Assembly (NCBI GenBank): GCA_964016885.1
Contig: OZ024743.1
Span: 375,100,001-375,164,000 of the forward strand
From: Eledone cirrhosa
Lineage: Eukaryota
Length of the DNA stretch: 64,000 nt
Direction: 5' to 3'
The notes below the pieces were generated by a model that saw nothing but the letters and a program-made list of their open reading frames with translations, ran no database searches and was not told the origin of the DNA. Numbering within the stretch: position 1 is the stretch's first letter; every line of letters begins with the position of its first letter. The position numbers were made by a program, and so were the translations under genes. Shown here in pieces: positions 40,301-52,300 of this stretch.

Positions 40301-43300
40301 GGGTAGTGGTAGTGGTGTTGGTAGTGTAGTGGTGTTGGTAGTGGTATTGGTGTTGGTAGTGGTAGTGGTGTTGGTAGTGGTAGTGGTGTTGGTAGTGGTA
40401 GTGGTGTTGGTAGTGGTAGTGGTGTTGGTAGTGGTAGTGGTGTTGGTAGTGGTAGTGGTGTTGGTAGTGGTAGTGGTGTTGGTAGTGGTAGTGGTGTTGG
40501 TAAGTGGTAGTGGTGTTGTAGTGGTAGTGGTGTTGGTAGTGGTGTTGGTAGTGGTAGTGGTGTTGGTAGTGGTAGTGGTGTTTGGTAGTGGTGTTGGTAG
40601 TGGTAGTGGTGTTGGTAGTGGTAGTGGTGTTGGTAGTGGTGTTGGTAGTGGGTAGTGGTGTTGGTAGTGGAAGTGGTGTTGGTAGTGGTGTTGGTAAGGT
40701 AGTGGTGTTGGTAGTGGTAGTGGTGTTGGTAGTGGTAGTGGTGTTGGTAGTGGTAGTGGTGTTGGTAGTGGTAGTGGTGTTGGTAGTGGTAGTGGTGTTG
40801 GTAGTGGTAGTGGTGTTGGTAGTGGTAGTGGTGTTGGTAATGGTAGTGGTGTTGGTAGTGGTAGTGGTGTTCGGTAGTGGTAGTGGTGTTGGTAGTGGTA
40901 GTGTGTTGGTAGTGGTATTGGTGTTGGTAGTGGTAGTGGTGTTGGTAGTGGTAGTGGTGTTGGTAGTGGTAGTGGTGTTGGTGTGGTAGTGGTGTTGGTA
41001 GTGTAGTGGTGTTGGTAATGTAGTGGTGTTGGTAGTGGTAGTGAGTGTTGGTAGTGGTAGTGTGTTAGGTAGTGGTAGGTTGTTAGTGGTAGGAGGTGTT
41101 GGTAGTGGTAGTGGTTGTTGGTAGTGGTAGTGGTGTGGTAATGGTAGTGGGTGGTCTTCTGGTAGTGGTAGTGGTAAGTAGCGTAGTGAGTGTGGTGTTG
41201 TAGTGGTAGTGTGTGTTGGTAAGTGGTAGTGGAGTGTTGGTAGTGGACTAGTGAGATGATGGTATTGTGGAGATAGGTGTATGTGTAGTGAAGGACTAGT
41301 GTATGAGACTTAGGAGGTATGGTAGTGGTAAGTGTGTGATTGGACTGTGGGTCAGTGGTNNNNNNNNNNNNNNNNNNNNNNNNNNNNNNNNNNNNNNNNN
41401 NNNNNNNNNNNNNNNNNNNNNNNNNNNNNNNNNNNNNNNNNNNNNNNNNNNNNNNNNNNNNNNNNNNNNNNNNNNNNNNNNNNNNNNNNNNNNNNNNNNN
41501 NNNNNNNNNNNNNNNNNNNNNNNNNNNNNNNNNNNNNNNNNNNNNNNNNNNNNNNNNNNAAGTGGTGTTGGTAGTGGTAGTGGTGTTGGTAGTGGTAGTG
41601 GTGTTGGTAGTGGTATTGGTGTTGGTAGTGGTAGTGGTGTTGGTAGTGGTAGTGGTGTTGGTAGTGGTAGTGGTGTTGGTAGTGGTAGTGGTGTTGGTAG
41701 TGGTATTGGTGTTGGTAGTGGTAGTGGTGTTGGTAGTGGTAGTGGTGTTGGTAGTGGTAGTGGTGTTGGTAATGGTAGTGGTGTTGGTAGTGGTAGTGGT
41801 GTTGGTAGTGGTAGTGGTGTTGGTAGTGGTAGTGGTGTTGGTAGTGGTAGTGGTGTTGGTAGTGGTATTGGTGTTGGTAGTGGTAGTGGTGTTGGTAGTG
41901 GTAGTGGTGTTGGTAGAGATAGTGGTGTTGGTAATGGTAGTGCTGTTGGTAGTGGTAGTGGTGTTGGTAGTGGTAGTGGTGTTGGTAGTGGTAGTGGTGT
42001 TGGTAGTGGTAGTGGTGTTGGTAGTGGTAGTGGTGTTGGTAGTGGAAGTGGTGTTGGTAGTGGTAGTGGTGTTGGTAGTGGTAGTGGTGTTGGTAGTGGT
42101 AGTGGTGTTGGTAGTGGTAGTGGTGTTAGTAGTGGTAGTGGTAGTGGTGTTGGTAGCGGTAGTGGTGTTGGTAGTGGTAGTGGTGTTGGTAGTGGTAGTG
42201 GTGTTGGTAGTGGTAGTGGTGTTGGTAGTGGTAGTGGTGTTGGTAGTGGTAGTGGTGTTTGTAGTGGAAGTGGTGTTGGTAGTGGTGTTGGTAATGGTAG
42301 TGGTGTTGGTAGTGGTAGTGGTGTTGGTAGTGGTAGTGGTGTTGGTAGTGGTAGTGGTGTTGGTAGTGGTAGTGGTGTTGGTAGTGGTATTGGTGTTGGT
42401 AGTGGTATTGGTGTTGGTAGTGGTAGTGGTGTTGGTAGTGGTAGTGGTGTTGGTAGTGGTAGTGGTGTTGGTAGTGGTAGTGGTGTTGGTAGTGGTAGTG
42501 GTGTTGGTAGTGGTAGTGGTGTTGGTAGTGGTAGTGGTGTTGGTAGTGGTATTGGTGTTGGTAGTGGTAGTGGTGTTGGTAGTGGTAGTGGTGTTGGTAG
42601 TGGTAGTGGTGTTGGTAGTGGTAGTGGTGTTGGTAGTGGTAGTGGTGTTGGTAGTGGTAGTGGTGTTGGTAATGGTAGTGGTGTTGGTAGTGGTAGTGGT
42701 GTTGGTAGTGGTAGTGGTGTTGGTAGTGGTAGTGGTGTTGGTAGTGGTAGTGGTGTTGGTAGTGGTAGTGGTGTTGGTAGTGGTAGTGGTGTTGGTAGTG
42801 GTAGTGGTGTTGGTAATGGTAGTGGTGTTGGTAGTGGTAGTGGTGTTGGTAGTGGTAGTGGTGTTGGTAGTGGTAGTGGTGTTGGTAGTGGTAGTGGTGT
42901 TGGTAGTGGTAGTGGTGTTGGTAGTGGAAGTGGTGTTGGTAGTGGTAGTGGTGTTGGTAGTGGTAGTGGTGTTGGTAATGATAGTGGTGTTTGTAGTGGT
43001 AGTGGTATTTGTAGTGGTAGTGGTGTTGGTAGTGGTAGTGGTGTTGGTAGTGGTAGTGGTAGTGGTGTTGGTAGTGGTGTTGGTAGTGGTAGTGGTGTTG
43101 GTAGTGGTAGTGGTGCTGGTAGTGGTAGTGGTGTTGGTAGTGGTAGTGGTGTTGGTAATGGTAGTGGTGTTGGTAGTGGTAGTGGTGTTGGTAGTGGAAG
43201 TGGTGTTGGTAGTGGTAGTGGTGTTGGTAGTGGAAGTGGTGTTGGTAGTGGAAGTGGTGTTGGTAGTGGTAGTGGTGTTGGTAATGGTAGTGGTGTTGGT

Positions 43301-46300
43301 AGTGGTAGTGGTGTTGGTAGTGGTAGTGGTGTTGGTAATGGTAGTGGTGTTGGTAGTGGAAGTGGTGTTGGTAGTGGAAGTGGTGTTGGTAGTGGTAGTG
43401 GTGTTGGTAATGGTAGTGGTGTTGGTAGTGGTAGTGGTGTTGGTAGTGGTAGTGGTGTTGGTAGTGGTAGTGGTGTTGGTAGTGGTAGTGGTGTTGGTAG
43501 TGGTAGTGATGTTGGTAATGGTAGTGGTGTTGTTAGTGGTAGTGGTGTTGGTCGTGGTAGTGGTGTTGGTAGTGGTAGTGGTGTTGGTAGTGGTGTTGGT
43601 AATGGTAGTGGTGTTGGTAGTGGTAGTGGTGTTGGTAGTGGAAGTGGTGTTGGTAGTGGAAGTGGTGTTGGTAGTGGTAGTGGTGTTGGTAATGGTAGTG
43701 GTGTTGGTAGTGGTAGTGGTGTTGGTAGTGGTAGTGGTGTTGGTAATGGTAGTGGTGTTGGTAGTGGAAGTGGTGTTGGTAGTGGAAGTGGTGTTGGTAG
43801 TGGTAGTGGTGTTGGTAATGGTAGTGGTGTTGGTAGTGGTAGTGGTGTTGGTAGTGGTAGTGGTGTTGGTAGCGGTAGTGGTGTTGGTAGTGGTAGTGGT
43901 GTTGGTAGTGGTAGTGGTGTTGGTAGTGGTAGTGATGTTGGTAATGGTAGTGGTGTTGTTAGTGGTGGTGGTGTTGGTCGTGGTAGTGGTGTTGGTAGTG
44001 GTAGTGGTGTTGGTAGTGGTAGTGGTGTTGGTAATGGTAGTGGTGTTGGTAGTGGTAGTGGTGTTGGTAGTGGAAGTGGTGTTGGTAGTGGTAGTGGTGT
44101 TGGTAATGGTAGTGGTGCTGGTAGTGGTAGTGGTGTTGGTAGTGGTAGTGGTGTTGGTAGTGGTAGTGGTGTTGGTAGTGGTAGTTGTGTTGGGAGTGGT
44201 AGTGGTGTTGGTAGTGGTAGTGGTGTTGGTAGTGGTAGTGGTGTTGGTAGTGGTAGTGGTGTTGGTAGTGGCAGTGGTGTTGGTAGTGGTAGTGGTGTTG
44301 GTAATGGTAGTGGTGTTGGTAGTGGTAGTGGTGTTGGTAGTGGTAGTGGTGTTGGTAGTGGTAGTGGTGTTGGTAGTGGTAGTGGTGTTTGTAATGATAG
44401 TGGTGTTGGTAGTGGTAGTGGTGTTGGTAGTGGTAGTGGTGTTGGTAGTGGTAGTGGTGTTGGTAGTGGTAGTGGTGTTTGTAATGATAGTGGTGTTGGT
44501 AGTGGTAGTGGTGTTGGTAGTGGTAGTGGTGTTGGTAATGATAGTGGTGTTGGTAGTGGTAGTGGTGTTTGTAATGATAGTGGTGTTGGTAGTGGTAGTG
44601 GTGTTGGTAGTGGTAGTGGTGTTGGTAGTGGTAGTGGTGTTGGTAGTGGTAGTGGTGTTGGTAGTGGAAGTGGTGTTGGTAGTGGTAGTGGTGTTGGTAG
44701 TGGTAGTGGTGTTGGTAGTGGTAGTGGTGTTGGTAGTGGTAGTGGTGTTTGTAATGGTAGTGGTGTTGGTAGTGGTAGTGGTGTTGGTAGTGGTAGTGGT
44801 GTTTGTAGTGGTAGTGGTGTTGTTAGTGGTAGTGGTGTTGTTAGTGGTAGTGGTGTTGGTAGTGGTAGTGGTGTTGGTAGTGGTAGTGGTGTTGTTAGTG
44901 GTAGTGGTGTTTGTAATGGTAGTGGTGTTGGTAGTGGTAGTGGTGTTGGTAGTGGTAGTGGTGTTTGTAGTGGTAGTGGTGTTTGTAATGGTAGTGGTGT
45001 TTGTAATGGTAGTGGTGTTGGTAGTGGTAGTGGTGTTGGTAGTGGTAGTGGTGTTTGTAGTGGTAGTGGTGTTGGTAGTGGTAGTGGTGTTGGTAGTGGT
45101 AGTGGTGTTGGTAGTGGTAGTGGTGTTGGTAGTGGTAGTGGTGTTTGTAATGGTAGTGGTGTTGGTAGTGGTAGGGGTGTTTGAAGTGGTAGTGGTGTTG
45201 GTAGTGGAAGTGGTGTTGGTAGTGGTAGTGGTGTTGGTAATGGTAGTGGTGTTGGTAGTGGTAGTGGTGTTGGTAGTGGTAGTGGTGTTGGTAGTGGTAG
45301 TGGTGTTGGTAGTGGTAGTGGTGTTGGTAATGGTAGTGGTGTTGGTAGTGGTAGTGGTGTTGGTAGTGGTAGTGGTGTTGGTAGTGGTAGTGGTGTTGGT
45401 AGTGGTAGTGGTGTTGGTAGTGGTAGTGGTGTTGGTAATGGTAGTGGTGTTGGTAGTGGTAGTGGTGTTGGTAGTGGTAGTGGTGTTGGTAATGGTAGTG
45501 GTGTTGGTAGTGGTAGTGGTGTTTGGTAATGGTAGTGGTGTTGGTAGTGGTAGGGGTGTTTGTAATTGTAGTGGTGTTGGTAGTGGTAGTGGTGTTTGTA
45601 ATGGTAGTGGTGTTGGTAGTGGTAGGGGTGTTTGTAATGGTAGTGGTGTTGGTAGTGGTAGTGGTGTTGGTAGTGGTAGTGGTGTTGGTAGTGGTAGTGT
45701 TGTTGGTAATGGTAGTGGTGTTGGTAGTGGTAGTGGTGTTGGTAGTGGTGGTGGTGTTGGTAGTGGTAGTGGTGTTGGTAGTGGTATTGGTGTTGGTAGT
45801 GGTATTGGTGTTGGTAGTGGTAGTGGTGTTGGTAGTGGTAGTGGTGTTGGTAATGGTAGTGGTGTTGGTAGTGGTAGTGGTGTTTGGTAGTGGTAGTGGT
45901 GTTGGTAGTGGTAGTGGTGTTGGTAATGGTAGTGGTGTTGGTAATGGTAGTGGTGTTGGTAGTGGTAGTGGTGTTGGTAGTGGTAGTGGTGTTGGTAGTG
46001 GTAGTGGTGTTGGTAGTGGTAGTGGTGTTGGTAATGGTAGTGGTGTTGGTAATGGTAGTGGTGTTGGTAGTGGTAGTGGTGTTGGTAGTGGTGTTTGTAA
46101 TGGTAGTGGTGTTGGTAGTGGTAGTGGTGTTGGTAATGGTAGTGGTGTTGGTAGTGGTAGTGGTGTTGGTAATGGTAGTGGTGTTGGTAGTGGTGTTGGT
46201 AATGGTAGTGGTGTTTGTAGTGGTAGTGGTGTTGGTAGTGGTAGTGGTGTTGGTAGTGGTATTGGTGTTGGTAGTGGTAGTGGTGTTGGTAGTGGTAGTG

Positions 46301-49300
46301 GTGTTGGTAGTGGTAGTGGTGTTGGTAATGGTAGTGGTGTTGGTAATGGTAGTGGTGTTGGTAGTGGTAGTGGTGTTGGTAGTGGTAGTGGTGTTTGTAA
46401 TGGTAGTGGTGTTGGTAGTGGTAGTGGTGTTGGTAGTGGTAGTGGTGTTCGTAGTGGTAGTGGTGTTGGTAGTGGTAGTGGTGTTGGTAATGGTAGTGGT
46501 GTTGGTAGTGGTAGTGGTGTTGGTAGTGGTAGTGGTGTTGGTAGTGGAAGTGGTGTTGGTAGTGGTAGTGGTGTTTGTAGTGGTAGTGGTGTTGGTAATG
46601 GTAGTGGTGTTGGTAGCGGTAGTGGTGTTGGTAATGGTAGTGGTGTTGGTAGTGGTAGTGGTGTTGGTAGTGGTAGTGGTGTTGGTAGTGGTAGTGGTGT
46701 TGGTAGTGGTAGTGGTGTTTGTAATGATAGTGGTGTTGGTAGTGGTAGTGGTGTTGGTAGTGGTAGTGGTGTTGGTAGTGGTAGTGGTGTTTGTAATGAT
46801 AGTGGTGTTGGTAGTGGTAGTGGTGTTGGTAGTGGTAGTGGTGTTGGTAGTGGTAGTGGTGTTGGTAGTGGTATTGGTGTTGGTAGTGGTAGTGGTGTTT
46901 GTAGTGGTAGTGGTGTTTGTAGTGGTAGTGGTGTTGGTAGTGGTAGTGGTGTTGGTAGTGGTAGTGGTGTTTGTAGTGGTAGTGGTGTTGGTAGTGGTAG
47001 TGGTGTTGGTAGTGGTAGTGGTGTTTGTAGTGGTAGTGGTGTTGGTAGTGGTAGTGGTGTTTGTAATGGTAGTGGTGTTGGTAGTGGTAGTGGTGTTGGT
47101 AGTGGTAGTGGTGTTGGTAATGATAGTGGTGTTTGTAGTGGTAGTGGTGTTGGTAGTGGTAGTGGTGTTGGTAGTGGTAGTGGTGTTGGTAGTGGTAGTG
47201 GTGTTTGTAGTGGTAGTGGTGTTTGTAGTGGTAGTGGTGTTTGTAGTGGTAGTGGTGTTGGTAGTGGTAGTGGTGTTGGTAGTGGTAGTGGTGTTGGTAG
47301 TGGTAGTGGTGTTGGTAATGATAGTGGTGTTGGTAGTGGTAGTGGTGTTGGTAGTGGTAGTGGTGTTGGTAATGATAGTGGTGTTTGTAGTGGTAGTGGT
47401 GTTGGTAGTGGCAGTGGTGTTGGTAGTGGTAGTGGTGTTGGTAGTGGTAGTGGTGTTGTAATGTTAGTGGTGTTGGTAGTGGTAGTGGTGTTGGTAGTGG
47501 TAGTGGTGTTGGTAATGATAGTGGTGTTTGTAGTGGTAGTGGTGTTGGTAGTGGCAGTGGTGTTGGTAGTGGTAGTGGTGTTGGTAGTGGTAGTGGTGTT
47601 TGTAATGGTAGTGGTGTTGGTAGTGGTAGTGGTGTTGGTAGTGGTAGTGGTGTTGGTAATGATAGTGGTGTTTGTAGTGGTAGTGGTGTTGGTAGTGGCA
47701 GTGGTGTTGGTAGTGGTAGTGGTGTTTGTAATCATATTGGTGTTGGTAGTGGTAGTGGTGTTGGTAGTGGTAGTGGTGTTGTAGTGGTAGTGGTGTTGGT
47801 AGTGGTGTTGGTAGTGGTAGTGGTGTTGGTAGTGGTAGTGGTGTTGGTAGTGGTAGTGGTGTTTGTAATGATAGTGGTGTTGGTAGTGGTAGTGGTGTTG
47901 GTAGTGGTAGTGGTGTTGGTAGTGGTAGTGGTGTTGGTAGTGGTAGTGGTGTTGGTAGTGGTAGTGGTGTTGGTAGTGGTAGCGGTGTTGGTAATGGTAG
48001 TGGTGTTAGTAGTGGTAGTGGTGTTGGTAGTGGTAGTGGTGTTGGTAGTGGTAGTGGTGTTGGTAGTGGTAGTGGTGTTGTAGTGGTAGTGGTGTGGTAG
48101 TGGTAGTGGTGTTGGTAGTGGTGGTGTGGTAGTGGTAGTGGTGTTGGTAGTGGTAGTGGTGTTTGTAGTGGTAGTGGTGTTGGTATGGTAGTGGTGTTGG
48201 TAGTGGTAGTGGTGTTGGTAGTGGTAGTGTGTGGTAGTGGTGTTTGTAATGGTAGTGGTGTTGTAGTGGTAGTGGTGTTGGTAGTGGTAGTGGTGTTGTA
48301 GTGGTAGTGGTGTTGGTAGTGGTAGTGGTGTTGGTAGTGGTGTTGGTAGTGGTAGTGGTGTTTGTAATGGTAGTGGTGTTAGTAGTGGTAGTGGTGTTGG
48401 TAGTGGTAGTGGTGTTGGTAGTGGTAGTGGTGTTGGTAGTGGTAGTGGTGTTGGTAGTGGTAGTGGTGTTGGTAGTGGTAGTGGTGTTGGTAGTGGTAGT
48501 GGTGTTGGTAGTGGTAGTGGTGTTTGTAATGATAGTGGTGTTGGTAGTGGTAGTGGTGTTGGTAGTGGTAGTGGTGTTGGTAGTGGTAGTGGTGTTGGTA
48601 GTGGTAGTGGTGTTGGTAGTGGTAGTGGTGTTGGTAGTGGTAGTGGTAGTGGTGTTGGTAGTGGTGTTGGTAGTGGTAGTGGTGTTGGTAGTGGTAGTGG
48701 TGTTGGTAGTGGTAGTGGTAGTGGTGTGGTAGTGGTGTTGGTAGTGGTAGTGGTGTTGGTAGTGGTAGTGGTGTTGGTAGTGGTAGTGGTGTTTGTAGTG
48801 GTAGTGGTGTTGGTAGTGATAGTGGTGTGGTAGTGGTAGTGGTGTTGGTTGTGGTAGTGGTGTTGGTAGTGGTAGTGTAGTGGTGGTTGTGGTGGTGGTG
48901 GTGGTAGTGGTGGTGGTGGTGGTTGTGGTGGGGGTGGGGGTGGTTGTGGGGGTGGTGATGGGTGGAGGTAGTGGTTTTGGTGGTGGTGGTGGTGGTGGTG
49001 GTGGTTGTGGTGGTGGTGGTGGTGGTGGTTGTGGTGGTGGTGGTTGTGGTGGTGGTGGTGGTGGTTGTGGTGGTGGTGGTGGTGGTGGTGGTGGTGGTGG
49101 CGGTGGTGGTGGTGGTGGTTGTGGTGGTGGTGGTGGTGGTGGTGGTTGTGGTAGTGGTAGTGGTGTTTGTAATGATAGTGGTTTTGGTAGTGGTAGTGGT
49201 GTTTGTAATGATAGTGGTGTTGGTAGTGGTAGTGGTGTTGGTAGTGGTAGTGGTGTTGGTAGTGGTAGTGGTGTTGGTAGTGGTAGTGGTAGTGGTGGTT

Positions 49301-52300
49301 GTGGTGGTGGTGGTGGTAGTGGTGGTGGTGGTGGTTGTGGTGGTGGTGGGGGTGGTTGTGGTGGTGGTGATGGTGGAGGTAGTGGTTTTGGTGGTGGTGG
49401 TGGTGGTGGTTGTGGTGGTGGTGGTGGTGGTGGTTGGGTGGTGGTGTTGTGGTGGTGGTGGTGGTGGTGGTGGTGGTGGGGTGGTGGTGGTGGTGGTGGT
49501 GGTGGCGGTGGTGGTGGTGGTGGTTGTGGTGGTGGTGGTGGTGGTGGTGGTGGTTGTGGTAGTGGTAGTGGTGTTTGTAATGATAGTGGTTTTGGTAGTG
49601 GTAGTGGTGTTTGTATGATAGTGGTGTTGGTAGTGGTAGTGGTGTTGGTAGTGGTAGTGGTGTTGGTAGTGGTAGTGGTGTTTGTAATGTAGTGGTGTTG
49701 GTAGTGGTGGTGGTGTTGGTAGTGGTAGTGGTGTTGGTAGTGGTAGTGGTGTTGGTAGTGGTAGTGGTGTTGGTAGTGGTAGTGGTGTTGGTAGTGGTAG
49801 TGGTGTTGGTAGTGGTAGTGGTGTTGGTAGTGGTAGTGGTGTTGGTAATGGTAGTGGTGTTGGTAGTGGTAGTGGTGTTGGTAGTGGAAGTGGTGTTGGT
49901 AGTGGTAGTGGTGTTGGTAGTGGTATTGGTGTTGGTAGTGGTAGTGGTGTTGGTAGTGGTAGTGGTGTTGGTAGTGGTAGTGGTGTTGGTAGTGGTAGTG
50001 GTGTTGGTAGTGGTATTGGTGTTGGTAGTGGTAGTGGTGTTGGTAGTGGTAGTGGTGTTGGTAGTGGTAGTGGTGTTGGTATGGTAGTGGTGTTGGTAGT
50101 GGTAGTGGTGTTGGTAGTGGTAGTGGTGTTGGTAGTGGTAGTGGTGTTGGTAGTGGTAGTGGTGTTGGTAGTGTATTGGTGTTGGTAGTGGTAGTGGTGT
50201 TGGTGGTGGTAGTGGTGTTGGTAGTGGTGGTGTTGTATGGTAGTGGTGTTGGTAGTGGTAGTGGTGTTGGTAGTGGTAGTGGTGTTGGTAGTGGTAGTGG
50301 TGTTGGTAGTGGTAGTGGTGTTTGTTAGTGGAAGTGGTGTTGGTAGTGGTAGTGGTGTTGGTAGTGGTAGTGGTGTTGGTACTGGTAGTGGTGTTGGTAG
50401 TGGTAGTGGTGTTAGTAGTGGTAGTGGTAGTGGTGTTGGTAGCGGTAGTGGTGTTGGTAGTGGTAGTGGTGTTGGTAGTGGTAGTGGTGTTGGTAGTGGT
50501 AGTGGTGTTGGTAGTGGTAGTGGTGTTGGTAGTGGTAGTGGTGTTTGTAGTGGAAGTGGTGTTGGTAGTGGTAGTGGTGTTGGTAATGGGTAGTGGTGTT
50601 GGTAGTGGTAGTGGTGTTGGTAGTGGTAGTGGTGTTGGTAGTGGTAGTGGTGTTGGTAGTGGTAGTGGTGTTGGTAGTGGTATTGGTGTTGGGTAGTGGT
50701 ATTGGTGTTGGTAGTGGTAGTGGTGTTGGTAGTGGTAGTGGTGTTGGTAGTGGTAGTGGTGTTGGTAATGGTAGTGGTGTTGGTAGTGGTAGTGGTGTTG
50801 GTAGTGGTGTGGTGTTGGTAGTGGTAGTGGTGTTGGTAGTGGTAGTGGTGTTGTAGTGGTATTGGTGTTGGTAGTGGTAGTGGTGTTGGGTAGTGGTAGT
50901 GGTGTTGGTAGTGGTAGTGGTGTTGGTAGTGGTAGGGGTGTTGGTAGTGGTAGTGGTGTTGGTTGTGGTAGTTGTGTTGGTAATGGTAGTGGTGTTGGTA
51001 GTGGTAGTGGTGTTGGTAGTGGTAGTGGTGTTGGTAGTGGTATTGGTGTTGGTAGTGGTAGTGGTGTTGGTAGTGGTAGTGGTGTTGGTAGTGGTAGTGG
51101 TGTTGGTAGTGGTAGTGGTGTTGGTAATGGTAGTGGTGTTGGTAGTGGTAGTGGTGGTTGGTAGTGGTAGTGGTGTTGGTAGTGGTAGTGGTGTTGGTAG
51201 TGGTAGTGGTGTTGGTAGTGGTAGTGGTGTTGGTAGTGGAAGTGGTGTTGGTAGTGGTAGTGGTGTTGGTAGTGGTAGTGGTGTTGGTAGTGGTAGTGGT
51301 GTTGGTATGTAGTGGTGTTGTAGTGGTAGTGGTGTTGGTAGTGGTAGTGGTGTTGGTAGTGGTAGTGGTGTTGGTAGTGGTAGTGGTAGTGGTGTTGGTA
51401 GTGGTGTTGGTAGTGGTAGTGGTGTTGGTAGTGGTAGTGGTGGTGGTAGTGGTAGTGGTGTTGGTAGTGGTAGTGGTGTTGGTAGTGGTAGTGGTGTTGG
51501 GAGTGGTAGTGGTGTTGGTAGTGGTAGTGGTGTTGGTAGTGGTAGTGGTGTTGGTAGTGGTAGTGGTGTTGGTAGTGGCAGTGGTGTTGGTAGTGGTAGT
51601 GGTGTTGGTAATGGTAGTGGTGTTGGTAGTGGTAGTGGTGTTGGTAGTGGTAGTGGTGTTGGTAGTGGTAGTGGTGTTGGTAGTGGTAGTGGTGTTTGTA
51701 ATGATAGTGGTGTTGGTAGTGGTAGTGGTGTTGGTAGTGGTAGTGGTGTTGGTAGTGGTAGTGGTGTTGGTAGTGGTAGTGGTGTTTGTAATGATAGTGG
51801 TGTTGGTAGTGGTAGTGGTGTTGGTAGTGGTAGTGGTGTTGGTAATGATAGTGGTGTTGGTAGTGGTAGTGGTGTTTGTAATGATAGTGGTGTTGGTAGT
51901 GGTAGTGGTGTTGGTAGTGGTAGTGGTGTTGGTAGTGGTAGTGGTGTTGGTAGTGGTAGTGGTGTTGGTAGTGGAAGTGGTGTTGGTAGTGGTAGTGGTG
52001 TTGGTAGTGGTAGTGGTGTTGGTAGTGGTAGTGGTGTTGGTAGTGGTAGTGGTGTTTGTAATGGTAGTGGTGTTGGTAGTGGTAGTGGTGTTGGTAGTGG
52101 TAGTGGTGTTTGTAGTGGTAGTGGTGTTGTTAGTGGTAGTGGTGTTGTAGTGGTAGTGGTGTTGGTAGTGGTAGTGGTGTTGGTAGTGGTAGTGGTGTTG
52201 GTAGTGGTAGTGGTGTTTGTATGGTAGTGGTGTTGGTAGTGGTAGTGGTGTTGGTAGTGGTAGTGGTGTTGTAGTGGTAGTGGTGTTTGTATGGTAGTGG

